A stretch of 32,000 bases of DNA from Hyperthermus butylicus DSM 5456 (GCF_000015145.1 NC_008818.1:1050001-1082000); one strand, 5' to 3'. Positions 1 to 9,122 are shown, numbered from the stretch's first letter. Notes: generated by a model from the letters alone, not told the origin. Numbers and translations: made by a program.

Positions 1-1
1 A

Positions 2-1165
2 GGGCCGGGCTGGGCTGGCGACACGGTTAAGAGGCACCTAGAGGAGAAAGGCTACAGCGTCATCTACGCTGTGCAGGAGAGTCCCCGGGGTACCGGTGAT
101 GCTGTCCGCGCAGCAGTGGAGAAACTGCCCCGTAGCGTCGACGAGGTCCTCATCGTTTATGGCGACCTCCTAGTGTCGGGCAAGCTTCTCGAGGACGTGG
201 CTGCTGCTGGTGCACCTGCGTTAGCCGCCAAGAGGCACGAGAGACCATGGGACTATGGCGTGGTAAGGGTTAACGGTAGGGGCTGCCTCTCGGGGCTCGT
301 GGAGAAGCCAGCCGACGCCAAGCCGGGAGAGCTGGTGAACACTGGAGTCTACCTGCTGCCCAGGGAGATTCTCGAGGAGTCCCTCGAAGTCCTGAAGCCG
401 AGTCCCCGGGGCGAGCTAGAGTTCACCGATGCCGTGGCACGGATTGCCGGGAAGGCCTGCCTCAGGGTGGTATCTGGAGACTGGCTATGGATGGACGTGG
501 GGAGGCCATGGGACTTATTTGACGCCTATCGTGCTGTCTGGGAGGAGCGCTTCCCGGGGCTCCGGGAGCCCCTGGTTGAGGGCGAGGTTGAGCCCGGGGC
601 AACTCTGAAAGGTCCCGTCTACGTCGCCAGGGGCGCTGTTGTGAGGAGCTACAGCTACGTGGAGGGGCCCGCGTGGATAGAGGGCGAGGTGGGCCCCTTT
701 GCCAGGATTAGGCCGTGGAGCTTCCTCCACCCGGGCAGCAGGGCTGCAACACACACCGAGGTTAAGGCATCAATACTCATGAGGGGTGCCCGGGCTCCAC
801 ACCTAAACTATGTGGGCGACAGCATCCTCGGCGAAGGCGTAAACCTCGGCGCTGGCACGGTGACTGCGAACCTCCGCTTCGACCATGCAACAGTCAGGAT
901 GAGGCTTAAGGGGAAACTGGTGGATACTGGGAGAAACAAGCTCGGCGCAATAATCGGCGATTATGCACAGACAGGCATCAATGTCTCGACACTTCCGGGC
1001 TTAAGGATAGGAGCCTACAGCTGGGTCTACCCCGGCATGACTGTGGCAAAGGATGTGCCGGACTGTGTGCTAGCAAGGCCTAAGCCTGGCGGCGGAGTAG
1101 AGTATGTTGATATAGCAGAGCGTGTTGGCTGTCCAGAACACCTGCGGCGTAGCCGTAGGTACTAG
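2..1165 (+). CDS. Sugar-1-phosphate nucleotidyltransferase with a C-terminal left-handed beta-helix (hexapeptide) acyltransferase-like domain (GlmU/ST0452-like). The 5' end lies outside the window.
   Basis: The frame is open from nt 2 (GPGWAGDTVKRHLEEKGYSVIYAVQESPRGTGDAV...), so the GTG at 71 is probably internal. Nucleotidyltransferase motifs are present (QExPxGTGDA, IVYGD). The C-terminal half has imperfect hexapeptide repeats (LNYVGDSILGEGVNLGAGTVTANL, GAIIGDYAQTGINV). Confidence 0.7.
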   Translation, partial: GPGWAGDTVKRHLEEKGYSVIYAVQESPRGTGDAVRAAVEKLPRSVDEVLIVYGDLLVSGKLLEDVAAAGAPALAAKRHERPWDYGVVRVNGRGCLSGLVEKPADAKPGELVNTGVYLLPREILEESLEVLKPSPRGELEFTDAVARIAGKACLRVVSGDWLWMDVGRPWDLFDAYRAVWEERFPGLREPLVEGEVEPGATLKGPVYVARGAVVRSYSYVEGPAWIEGEVGPFARIRPWSFLHPGSRAATHTEVKASILMRGARAPHLNYVGDSILGEGVNLGAGTVTANLRFDHATVRMRLKGKLVDTGRNKLGAIIGDYAQTGINVSTLPGLRIGAYSWVYPGMTVAKDVPDCVLARPKPGGGVEYVDIAERVGCPEHLRRSRRY

Positions 1166-1842
1166 CCTGTTATTAGGCTGCCAAGCTCTTCTCCAAGCAC
1201 TACCCTTTTCACGTTCTCCGGATCCGAACCATTAACTACTCTTACCGGTATATTGCTCCTCTCAACAATCGATATTGCTACCGGGTCTAGTAGCTCGTAG
1301 CGGCCGGGGCTCATGCTCTGCCTTACAACCCTGCGAAACTCTTCATAGCTTAGCCTCGGTATCAGCTGTGCAGACTTATCCACGGCGGGGTCCGCCGTGT
1401 ATACGCCGTCAACCGTGGTTGCAAGTACGAGAAGCTCTGCCCCGATGGCTTCAGCAACGAGGGCTGCTACGCCGGAGGTGCTCTGGCCAGGTTGGAACCC
1501 GCCAGCCACCACTATGAGCCCGGTGGAGTATGCTTCGAGCAGCTCCCAGATGCTCCTCGGGGGCTCCGGGTAGGCGTTGGGGTGCAGCGCGTAGATTAGG
1601 AGCCGAGCGTTGAGCCTGGAGGCCTCTATGCCGAGGATGTCCTGGAAGCTCTTCCCCAGCCCCAGCTCCCGGGCAGCTTCAATGTAGCGTCTAGCCTCGG
1701 GACCACCGCCGACGACTACTACGAGCCGGTAGCCCACGCTATGTAGCTCATGGAGGACCTGGGCGTAGCGTTTAACGAGCCCGGGCTTCTCCGGGTTGAC
1801 ATACTTTCCGCTAACCTTGATGACTACGGGGCCCTTCGGCAC
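1162..1842 (-). CDS. pyrH: UMP (uridylate) kinase, archaeal type
   Basis: 226-aa ORF with amino-acid-kinase fold motifs: VIKVSGKYV near the N-terminus, VVVVGGGPEARRYI, and AGGFQPGQSTSGVAALVAE. Size and motif order are typical of archaeal PyrH. Confidence 0.88.
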   Translation of the reverse strand: MPKGPVVIKVSGKYVNPEKPGLVKRYAQVLHELHSVGYRLVVVVGGGPEARRYIEAARELGLGKSFQDILGIEASRLNARLLIYALHPNAYPEPPRSIWELLEAYSTGLIVVAGGFQPGQSTSGVAALVAEAIGAELLVLATTVDGVYTADPAVDKSAQLIPRLSYEEFRRVVRQSMSPGRYELLDPVAISIVERSNIPVRVVNGSDPENVKRVVLGEELGSLITG

Positions 1843-1958
1843 CGGCCACCCAGACGTGTTGGCTCTACCTGGATAGGGCCCTAAAACCCTTACAGCAAAC
1901 AGCGGGCGTAAAGTGACCAGCCCCGTCCGGTAGTATAGGCGGAGCTAGAGGAGCTACG

Positions 1959-3542
1959 GTGACGCTGTTGCGGCTGGTACTCTACATCGAAGCCAGGGAT
2001 CGACCGGGCCTCCTAGCAGAGATTATGGGTGTGCTTCGGGAGCTCGGCGCGAACATTATTACAAACTTCGGCTACACAGTGGATGATACCGCGCACCTCC
2101 TATTCATCATAGACTATGGAGGAGAACCCGATGAACTTGCCGAAGCCGTAGCCTCGAGGATTAGGGAGGTTGTAGAGGCCCGCGCAGCCGAGCTGGGAGC
2201 GGGTGCAGCCGAAGTCCTGGCAGAGTTTATACGCGACCGGCCCGGCATTATCAGCCTCCTAGAGTTCTACGTCGAGCCAGTAGACCTTCTCGACGCTATC
2301 TCGGTCCTCCCTGAGGACGAGAGAAGGAGGATCTATGGCCTCCTGACGCCTGGCACTCTCGCATCAATACTCCTTCACGGCGATGAAGGCGTAGCGGGGG
2401 AAGTAGCCGAAGCCCTACCTGCAGATGCGATAGCACGTGCAATAGCTACGCTGCCCGTTGAGGATGCGGGTGAGGTGCTGAGAAAGCTCCCGGAGGAGGC
2501 TAGGAACGAGGTTCTACGTCGGCTCCCCCCGGAGGTTAGGAGGAGGCTCGCCGAGCTGCTGCGCTATCCTCCCGAGACAGCTGGCGCGATAATGACTACG
2601 AGCGTCCCCGTGCTAAGGGCCGACGATACCGTGGCGAGTGCGCTGCAGCAGCTGCGGAGCGGCAGCTACACAATACGCGACACAGTTGTTGTAGTGGACT
2701 CTGAGGGCAGGCTGGTGGGCCTAGTTCCTGTGGACGCGCTGCTGCGAGCGCAGCCTGGCGACCAGCTTGAGAAGCTGGCGCTACGCCCCAGAGCCACTGT
2801 CAGCCCCATGGTCAATAGGGAGGAGGCCGCAAGGATGATGCTACGCTACGATATCAGCAGGCTCCCCGTGGTCTCCAACGATGGCCGGTTCCTCGGCATA
2901 GTAGCCCTGGAAGATGCAGCGAGGATCCTGGCTGAGGAAGCTGGAGAGGACATAGCAAAGCTGGCGGCAATGGAGAAACCCCGGGAGAGGTACCGCTATG
3001 CCTCGCCCCTGGATCTTGTCAGACTCCGGCTCCCCTGGCTAATCCTCATATACCTAATGGAAAGCATTACAGCCAGCATAATCAAGGGCTATGAAGACCT
3101 CATAGCAAGGGTGGCAGTGCTAGCTGCATTCCTCCCACTCATAATGGACACGAGTGGCAATGTTGGAAGCCAGTCGAGCAGCATGATAATACGGGCTCTA
3201 GCCCTTGGCGAGGTCTCTGAGCGTAGCAGAATAGACGTAGCATACATAGTGTTGAAGGAACTAGCAGCTGCCTCTACGATAGCAGCAATACTCTCCTCGA
3301 TAGGCTTCACAATAGCCTACATCATAGGGGGTTACAACGTGAGACTAGGCTTGGCGATAGCAGCAACTCTCTTCATAGTAGTAGTACTAGCAGACCTCAT
3401 AGGCTCCCTACTCCCAATACTAGCTCGGCGCTTGGGAGCAGACCCAGCCACGCTATCCTCGCCCCTAATAACAACGATAATGGATGTAACAGTCATAGCA
3501 GTCTACTTTACACTAGCCTCAAAAATGCTAGGAATAACCTAG
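1959..3542 (+). CDS. mgtE: Mg2+ transporter MgtE with an extra N-terminal ACT-like domain
   Basis: N-terminal ACT-like segment (LVLYIEARDRPGLLAEIMGVLRELGANI). MgtE N-domain helices (LPVEDAGEVLRKLPEEARNEVLRRLPPEVRRRL). CBS pair (IMTTSVPVLRADDTV..., RLPVVSNDGRFLGIVALEDA). Channel domain with the signature PLIMDTSGNVGSQSSSMIIRALALGEV plus hydrophobic helices. Confidence 0.85.
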   Translation: MTLLRLVLYIEARDRPGLLAEIMGVLRELGANIITNFGYTVDDTAHLLFIIDYGGEPDELAEAVASRIREVVEARAAELGAGAAEVLAEFIRDRPGIISLLEFYVEPVDLLDAISVLPEDERRRIYGLLTPGTLASILLHGDEGVAGEVAEALPADAIARAIATLPVEDAGEVLRKLPEEARNEVLRRLPPEVRRRLAELLRYPPETAGAIMTTSVPVLRADDTVASALQQLRSGSYTIRDTVVVVDSEGRLVGLVPVDALLRAQPGDQLEKLALRPRATVSPMVNREEAARMMLRYDISRLPVVSNDGRFLGIVALEDAARILAEEAGEDIAKLAAMEKPRERYRYASPLDLVRLRLPWLILIYLMESITASIIKGYEDLIARVAVLAAFLPLIMDTSGNVGSQSSSMIIRALALGEVSERSRIDVAYIVLKELAAASTIAAILSSIGFTIAYIIGGYNVRLGLAIAATLFIVVVLADLIGSLLPILARRLGADPATLSSPLITTIMDVTVIAVYFTLASKMLGIT

Positions 3543-3823
3543 ACCTCAACGTATAAATATAGACTAATACTTCCAGTCTTAGTCATTGCATTCATTAGAG
3601 TATGTAGTTGTTGTATTGCATGCTCCTTCGATGGAACCTTAGCTCGTATTACATAGCCTCCCCCTTCTTTCTGAATTATTGAGTAGGCCATGTTTTGTAC
3701 ATCCACACTAGCAGATACAGGTACTACGCTCCCTACAAGTATCCCGATTACTAGCATTACTAAAGCAATGCGTACAATTACCTTCATGTTTTCACCCTTG
3801 CCCCGTTTGGACTTTGGGACCAA
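3539..3823 (-). CDS. Small secreted/membrane-anchored hypothetical protein. The likely true start is the ATG at 3787, giving MKVIVRIALVMLVIGILVG...
   Basis: The ORF sits in a visibly AT-rich stretch. It has an N-terminal hydrophobic signal-like helix followed by about 55 polar residues. I recognise no family motif. Confidence 0.4.
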   Translation of the reverse strand: MVPKSKRGKGENMKVIVRIALVMLVIGILVGSVVPVSASVDVQNMAYSIIQKEGGGYVIRAKVPSKEHAIQQLHTLMNAMTKTGSISLYLYVEV

Positions 3824-4192
3824 TTAGGGCATGTATATTTATCCCTTATATAGGTTGGTCAGATGGGCTCCTTGAGGCGTCAAGAAGACAGCGATAGAGA
3901 AATCAGAATATTACACTATATTATCGTTATTAACGTCAATAAAATACCTCTCGAAAAAATATGCATGCATAACAAATGAAGGTACTACAATGTCCTAAGT
4001 ATTGCTTTCACAGTCTTTTATAATATTCGCGGCTAGTTTGTTAATTCCGGTTGGTTCCAGGCTGTAGGGGCTGTGAGGAGTGTGGCGGGCACGACCCCTC
4101 CTATGGGGGATGGTGTGAACGGACCCGCTGAGCCCCTACAAGCCGTTAAACCCTCCCAAGCGGTAACCCCTTCCTTATCGGTGAGCCACTCT

Positions 4193-5044
4193 ATGGCTAG
4201 GAGGCTCCACTTTGGTCCCGCTGGGAAACCAACTACGCTCAAGAGTGGCGACTACGTGAAGGCTATAGAGGTCATAGCGGGGATGGGCCTGGATGCTATA
4301 GAGTATGAGGCTGTGCGCGGTGTAAGAATAAGCGAGGCCAAGGCACGGGCGATAGCAGAGGCCGCGGAGAGGTACGGGGTCATAGTCTCTATGCACGCCC
4401 CCTACTTCATTAACTTTGCCTCGCCCGACAAGCAGACCGTGGAGAAGAGCCGTGAGAGGCTCATAGCTTCTGTCCGGGCGGCAAGCTGGATGAACGCCTA
4501 CGCTGTTGTCTTCCACCCCGGCTACTACAAGGGCAACAGTAGCCCCGAGGAGGCCCTGCAGAGGACCATTGAGAATCTACGCAGCGTGGATGAGTACATA
4601 GAGCAGCAGGGCATCAAGGGTGTCTGGATAGCCCCCGAGACGACTGGGAGGACAGCACAAGTTGGGAGCGTCGAGGAGGTCGTGGCTATCTGTAGGGAGC
4701 TGCGCCACGCACGCCCAGCTGTAGACTGGGCCCACATTCACGCTAGGAGCCTCGGCAAACACGTGGTATCCGTCGACGATGTTGTCAGGATCGTAGAGTA
4801 CATTGAGAGGGAGCTAGGCACCTGGGCGGTCAAGCCGTTACACACGCACTTCAGTAAGATAGGGTACGGGGAGGGCGGCGAAAAGGAGCACCACACCTTG
4901 GCGGAGGGGGAGTACGGTCCTGACTGGAGGATAGTGTGCAGAGCATACAAGAATCTCGGCATAGAGGCAGTAGTGATATCTGAAAGCCCCATACTTGAGC
5001 AGGACGCGCTTGTTATGAAGAAGATATGCGAAGATGAAGGGTAA
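4193..5044 (+). CDS. Xylose-isomerase-like TIM-barrel protein related to endonuclease IV (AP endonuclease family 2)
   Basis: Motif order resembles Nfo-type TIM barrels: MHAPYFINFAS, VVFHPGYY, IAPETTGR, VDWAHIHARS, LHTHFSKIGYG. I prefer the ATG at 4193 (MARRLHFGPAG), which is preceded by GGTGAG, over the upstream GTG at 4073, whose 40 extra residues are low-complexity. Confidence 0.62.
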   Translation: MARRLHFGPAGKPTTLKSGDYVKAIEVIAGMGLDAIEYEAVRGVRISEAKARAIAEAAERYGVIVSMHAPYFINFASPDKQTVEKSRERLIASVRAASWMNAYAVVFHPGYYKGNSSPEEALQRTIENLRSVDEYIEQQGIKGVWIAPETTGRTAQVGSVEEVVAICRELRHARPAVDWAHIHARSLGKHVVSVDDVVRIVEYIERELGTWAVKPLHTHFSKIGYGEGGEKEHHTLAEGEYGPDWRIVCRAYKNLGIEAVVISESPILEQDALVMKKICEDEG

Positions 5045-6017
5045 ACCTAGACACAGCCGGGCTCCGCTACCGTTTTTACCTTCGTCCAAGTACGTGGCTA
5101 CTATAGGCTCCTTAGGGGTGCCTAGTAGAGTCTTGGGAGGCTATCCTGTCCACTTGCTAGCAGTACTTGCAGCGTATAGCCTTACACTCCCAGCAGTCTA
5201 TGGCAGGATAGTCGTTAGCTGCAGGAATATACGGGCCTGCACTCGGCAGCTTAGACTCCTCGCCATCGCATCCACATCGGTGCCAATTACCGGGCTCGTC
5301 CTACTAGCACGGATTGCACGTGATATACTGGTAGAGGCTGTTGTCGCGGCGGCTGCAGCGCCAATTGTTGTAGCTGTGGTGGCTAGGATGCTGTTCCGGC
5401 CGAGCGGCATAGTTGAGGCTTGGTATCATGGTGTGAGGGTTAGTGCCAGACTAGTCGACATACCCATCCCGGCGTTTAGCGTAGCAGTGCTCGGCCGGGT
5501 CTACCTTTCAACCCGCGCTCTGGCAGCACCAGTTCACCGTCTCTGCGTCATGATAGCCCATGAGCAGGGGCACCTGGAAGCGTTCCACCCGGTTCCCGTA
5601 CAGCTCGCAGCACTAGCCCCAACAGCAGCTGCTGCAACAGCTCTCACGGTTCTACTCTCATCAGCCATGCTGACACCAGCCTGGATAGCGAGTACCTTAC
5701 TCCTAGTAGCCTCCCTGGCCATTGCATGGACGGTCTATAGCTGGTCCTGGGAGCACCTCGCGGACCTACACTCGGCGAGAATCTGCAGTGTACAAGCTGC
5801 ACTTGACACACTCGCGGCACTAGCTGGCTGGAGAACATGTATGATAACGCCAGCAAAAGCCTACCGGGTGCTAGTGAAAACGCTTTGGCCAAGAAGGGCG
5901 CGAGGCCCCTTCCTCATTAACCCCCATCCACCGCCATGCCTTAGGCTATGGCTGCTCAGCCGCTTCCAGCTCCTCAAGACTAGCCGGCCAGAACCTAACA
6001 GTGGCTGGGCCCCATAA
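5034..6017 (+). CDS. Integral-membrane Zn metalloprotease, M48 (HtpX/Ste24-like) family
   Basis: HExxH (IAHEQGHLEAFH), a downstream Glu motif (SWEHLADLHSA) and NPHPPPCLR (compare M48 tHPp...R), with several hydrophobic helices around them. The ATG overlaps the upstream stop by 11 nt, suggesting coupling. The exact start and the C-terminus (72-nt convergent overlap) are uncertain. Confidence 0.58.
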   Translation: MKGKPRHSRAPLPFLPSSKYVATIGSLGVPSRVLGGYPVHLLAVLAAYSLTLPAVYGRIVVSCRNIRACTRQLRLLAIASTSVPITGLVLLARIARDILVEAVVAAAAAPIVVAVVARMLFRPSGIVEAWYHGVRVSARLVDIPIPAFSVAVLGRVYLSTRALAAPVHRLCVMIAHEQGHLEAFHPVPVQLAALAPTAAAATALTVLLSSAMLTPAWIASTLLLVASLAIAWTVYSWSWEHLADLHSARICSVQAALDTLAALAGWRTCMITPAKAYRVLVKTLWPRRARGPFLINPHPPPCLRLWLLSRFQLLKTSRPEPNSGWAP

Positions 6018-6320
6018 CGCCTCGACCACGGTTACAGCTTGCTCGCCCATCGAGACACCGCCATCTGGAGCCTCGAGATACGCCCCAAATACCACACCGT
6101 CAACCAGTACTAGGCCAGCCTGGTAACCCGACTCGTAGACTATACAGACTCTCCCAGTGAACCTTGACCCGGAAAGCTCACGCTCAAGCCGGAGCCACAC
6201 ATCGCCCTCAACTTCAAATTCGACTCCTGCAGTATCAGCACAGCAAACCTTAGCAGCAACATGGTCAAGGGGTAGTCCATAGAAGCTGCTCATGCTGCGA
6301 GATACGATGCTTGCCTCCAA
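5946..6320 (-). CDS. Hypothetical small protein (124 aa) with weak resemblance to DUF4388/PATAN-type small domains
   Basis: Clean ORF. The pattern FTGRVCIVYESGYQAGLVLVDGVVFGAYLE...GEQAVTVVEAL resembles the G-x-L...G-x-I-x-F-x-x-G-x-I-x-x-A...G-x-x-A layout of DUF4388. This is recollection only. Confidence 0.4.
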   Translation of the reverse strand: MEASIVSRSMSSFYGLPLDHVAAKVCCADTAGVEFEVEGDVWLRLERELSGSRFTGRVCIVYESGYQAGLVLVDGVVFGAYLEAPDGGVSMGEQAVTVVEALWGPATVRFWPASLEELEAAEQP

Positions 6321-6640
6321 CCCGCAGCCCCGACGGGAACACTAGACGGAACAGAGCCCACTGCAACCCCCACGCCACCATAAATAACCAGGTAACACCA
6401 ACCCCAAACACTGCACAGTAGCCCCTAGGCCGCTAGGCTACGCACACGAGCAAGCTAAAAATACAGCCATTCACAATCCACGGCTCCTCAAAAACACTCC
6501 TTCAAGACTGTAGCAGCACCATTTCCACCAACACTCTACCCCAATACGTATAGTGTAGCCATAAGGCGCTCAACCTCTATGCTAGCCACGCCAGAAAGCT
6601 ACGTGGACAAAAGGGGGATACAACTACGTCTTTTGTACTG

Positions 6641-7021
6641 CTAGAGTTCTATTTCAAGCCCCGTCCGGTAGTCTATGAACACTACCTTATCAAAGCCTGC
6701 TTCGTGTAAGGCGCTCTTGGCCTTGGAGAGTATAGTTCTCCATAACTGGTTGTTGATGAATCTACAGAAGAAGCATGAAGGATCTGTACCTGTATAGTCT
6801 ACGAATACCACAAGGGTGTCCCCCGACAACCTTAGCTTCCTGACAACACCCAGGCTAACTATATCTGCGTCAAATCCGGGAACTATTACCTGTCGTAGGA
6901 CGCTTTCAGCTCTATGGAAAATAGGTGCTAGCTCAGCCTTAGGCTGCTTCTGCGACTCTTGTTGATGCTCGTTCCTGGAGGTAATCTTACTCAGCCAGCT
7001 GAACAGAGGCAAGCTTGACAC
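6641..7021 (-). CDS. DUF59 / MIP18-like (Fe-S cluster assembly-related) domain protein
   Basis: The core VLRQVIVPGFDADIVSLGVVRKLRLSGDTLVVFVDYTGTDPSCFFC matches the DUF59 pattern (V-x-D-P-like turn, IV-x-LG-x-V, then a Cys after the third strand). The N-terminal 40 aa are polar and unmatched. Confidence 0.55.
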   Translation of the reverse strand: MSSLPLFSWLSKITSRNEHQQESQKQPKAELAPIFHRAESVLRQVIVPGFDADIVSLGVVRKLRLSGDTLVVFVDYTGTDPSCFFCRFINNQLWRTILSKAKSALHEAGFDKVVFIDYRTGLEIEL

Positions 7022-7042
7022 CTATATACTTCTGTAGAGTTG

Positions 7043-7468
7043 CTAGGTTTTGAGCTGTGCTTTCTCTAGAAGTCTCTCGACGTCACGGATGCTGGGCAGT
7101 TCCGGTATGATCTTGGCCGTCAGTGTTATGGTTACCTCGCCTGTTTCGGGGTTATATGATACGTCGTACTCTTCTACTGCCTGGTACGTGTCCTCTGTTT
7201 CTATGATCTGCGCTATTGCTTCCTCAAGTTGATGCTTCTGTTTGCCCGTTGCTACCTGTGCCGTGTAAACTGCCTCTACGCCATCAGGACTTGCATCTAT
7301 AAAGACTGTTCTCACCGTGGCAGAGGACGGTTTGAACTGGATGATTATTCTGGGGCCGTAGGTGTCTATTTCGAGGTCTTCTATCTCGTCCATGCTTGCT
7401 CCGAGCGCCTCAGCTATCGGCCTAAGCGCTTTCTCGAGAAGCCGAGCCAGCTTCTCCACGTTGTCCAT
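7043..7468 (-). CDS. Hypothetical acidic protein (141 aa)
   Basis: Clean ORF lying 21 nt upstream of the DUF59 gene on the same strand, so a likely operon. No recognisable motif. Confidence 0.45.
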   Translation of the reverse strand: MDNVEKLARLLEKALRPIAEALGASMDEIEDLEIDTYGPRIIIQFKPSSATVRTVFIDASPDGVEAVYTAQVATGKQKHQLEEAIAQIIETEDTYQAVEEYDVSYNPETGEVTITLTAKIIPELPSIRDVERLLEKAQLKT

Positions 7469-7812
7469 AGCTCTCCTCCCCGGGGAGAATGCTGGGTTGC
7501 AGCCTTAGGTCTTCTGTATGCCTCTTCATGAGGCTAGGGGTTTCGGGCAGGAGCAGCTTCGCGGGTTTAACTGCTGCTATTTTGCACGATTGTGCCCCCA
7601 GCGTCTGAGCGCCCTGTGGTGTGGGGTCGCCTATGGGCGTCCCTCATCACACCTATTGATCAGTTGTTAAGGCCTCGCTCACCCCCATGGAGGACTACTA
7701 GTGTCTCTCTAATGGGGTCCCTTGTCTGGGTTTTCCGTGGCTGGTCTACGGCTAAGGTATTAGTAGGCATCGCGTTTCCTTCCCATAATCCCTCCTGGAG
7801 GCTGGCCAGGGC

Positions 7813-9024
7813 TTGGCGCTACATGATATTGTTCGTTCCGAGGTGTTGCCTGGACGTGCTACTACGTTGACGTTTATTGCTAAGGCTCGGGAGGCCGCCG
7901 CGCGTGGCCTCGACGTCATTAGTTTCGGTGTTGGACAGCCCGACGCGCCTACGTTTCCGCATATTGTTGAGGCTGGTATACGGGCTCTTGAGGAGGGGTT
8001 TACAGGGTATACTGAGACTCAAGGAATTCCCGAGCTTCGGAAGGCAATAGCAGATTATCTGAACGAGCGGTATGGGGCGGGTGTTTCGGCCGACGAGGTC
8101 ATCGTTACGACTGGAGCTAAAACAGCACTGTTCGTGGCCATGGCCGCTGTGCTGAGGCCTGGCGACGAGGTATTGATACCGGAGCCTAGCTACCCCTCCT
8201 ACGCCTCAACAGCCCGTATCCTCGGCGCTCGGCCGGTGTTCGTGCCGCTCCGCTGGACTGGTAGGGGCTTCGAACTCGACGTCTCAGCTGTGGAGGAGAG
8301 GCTGACAGAGCGTACGAAAATGATAGTGCTTAATAACCCACACAACCCCACCGGGACAGTGTTCAACGCGCAGGCTGTCGAAGAGCTTGTTGAACTCGCC
8401 TCCCGGCGGGGCATAGCAGTACTGGCTGACGAGATATACGACAACTTCGTCTACGAGGGCAGGTTCCGCAGCGTCCTCGAGTCCGCCAGATGGAGGGATG
8501 TTGTTCTCTATGTTAACGGACACTCTAAGACATTCTCGATGACAGGGTGGAGGCTTGGCTGGCTCGTAGCCGACCGGAGGCTCATCCCGCTGCTCCGCTT
8601 TATAGCGGAGAACGTGTACAGCTGCGCGCCGAGCATCAGCCAGCGCGCTGGCGTAGCCGCGCTACGGGGTCCGTGGGAGCCGGTCCGGGAAATGGTTGAG
8701 GAGTTCCGCCAGCGCCGCGACATCATGGTCGAGGAACTCTCGAAGATACCCGGCGTCGAGACCTACAAGCCGCAGGGCGCGTTCTACGTATTCCCTCGGC
8801 TTGCCCGGCTGGTAGAACAGCTCGGCATGACTGTTGAGGAGCTGGTTGAACACATGATCTACTCTAGGGGCGTCGTAATGATACCGGGCAGCGTGTTCCC
8901 CGACAAGGCCGGGGCGTTGCATGTACGGCTTAGCTATGCGCTGCGGCCAGAGAGGATAAGGGAGGGCATGAGGAGGTTCCGGGAGGAGGTCGAGAACCTC
9001 CTGGAGGAGAAGGCGAAGAGATAA
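7813..9024 (+). CDS. Class I/II pyridoxal-phosphate aminotransferase (aspartate/aromatic aminotransferase-like)
   Basis: 403 aa. PLP-lysine motif NGHSKTFSMTGWRLGW, NNPHNPTG and DEIYD motifs, and a GVGQPD N-terminal motif. Starts at a TTG. Confidence 0.85.
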   Translation: MALHDIVRSEVLPGRATTLTFIAKAREAAARGLDVISFGVGQPDAPTFPHIVEAGIRALEEGFTGYTETQGIPELRKAIADYLNERYGAGVSADEVIVTTGAKTALFVAMAAVLRPGDEVLIPEPSYPSYASTARILGARPVFVPLRWTGRGFELDVSAVEERLTERTKMIVLNNPHNPTGTVFNAQAVEELVELASRRGIAVLADEIYDNFVYEGRFRSVLESARWRDVVLYVNGHSKTFSMTGWRLGWLVADRRLIPLLRFIAENVYSCAPSISQRAGVAALRGPWEPVREMVEEFRQRRDIMVEELSKIPGVETYKPQGAFYVFPRLARLVEQLGMTVEELVEHMIYSRGVVMIPGSVFPDKAGALHVRLSYALRPERIREGMRRFREEVENLLEEKAKR

Positions 9025-9122
9025 GCGGGGGAGGATAGGCGTAATTAAGGCGCCAGGCAACCCCTCCCCTCCAATGGCGACTGTTGACAAGCTGCATAGT
9101 AGGATAGCCGGGGTGACAATAG

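Noticed and set aside
5946-6017. 72-nt convergent overlap between the M48 protease gene and the 124-aa gene, considered as evidence that one of them is not real
   Set aside because: Both ORFs have coherent sequences up to near their ends. Convergent 3' overlaps occur in compact archaeal genomes. I cannot decide the true termini without homologues, so both are kept with reduced confidence.
7229-7870. ORFs 7229-7531 and 7592-7870 in the divergent region upstream of the aminotransferase gene; a C/D-box or other sRNA was also considered (GTGATGA on the minus strand at 7644-7650)
   Set aside because: The translations are Trp/Arg/Cys/Ser-rich junk without motifs. One overlaps the antisense of a real gene and the other overlaps the aminotransferase start. 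No matching D box (CTGA) lies at an appropriate distance from the C-like box.
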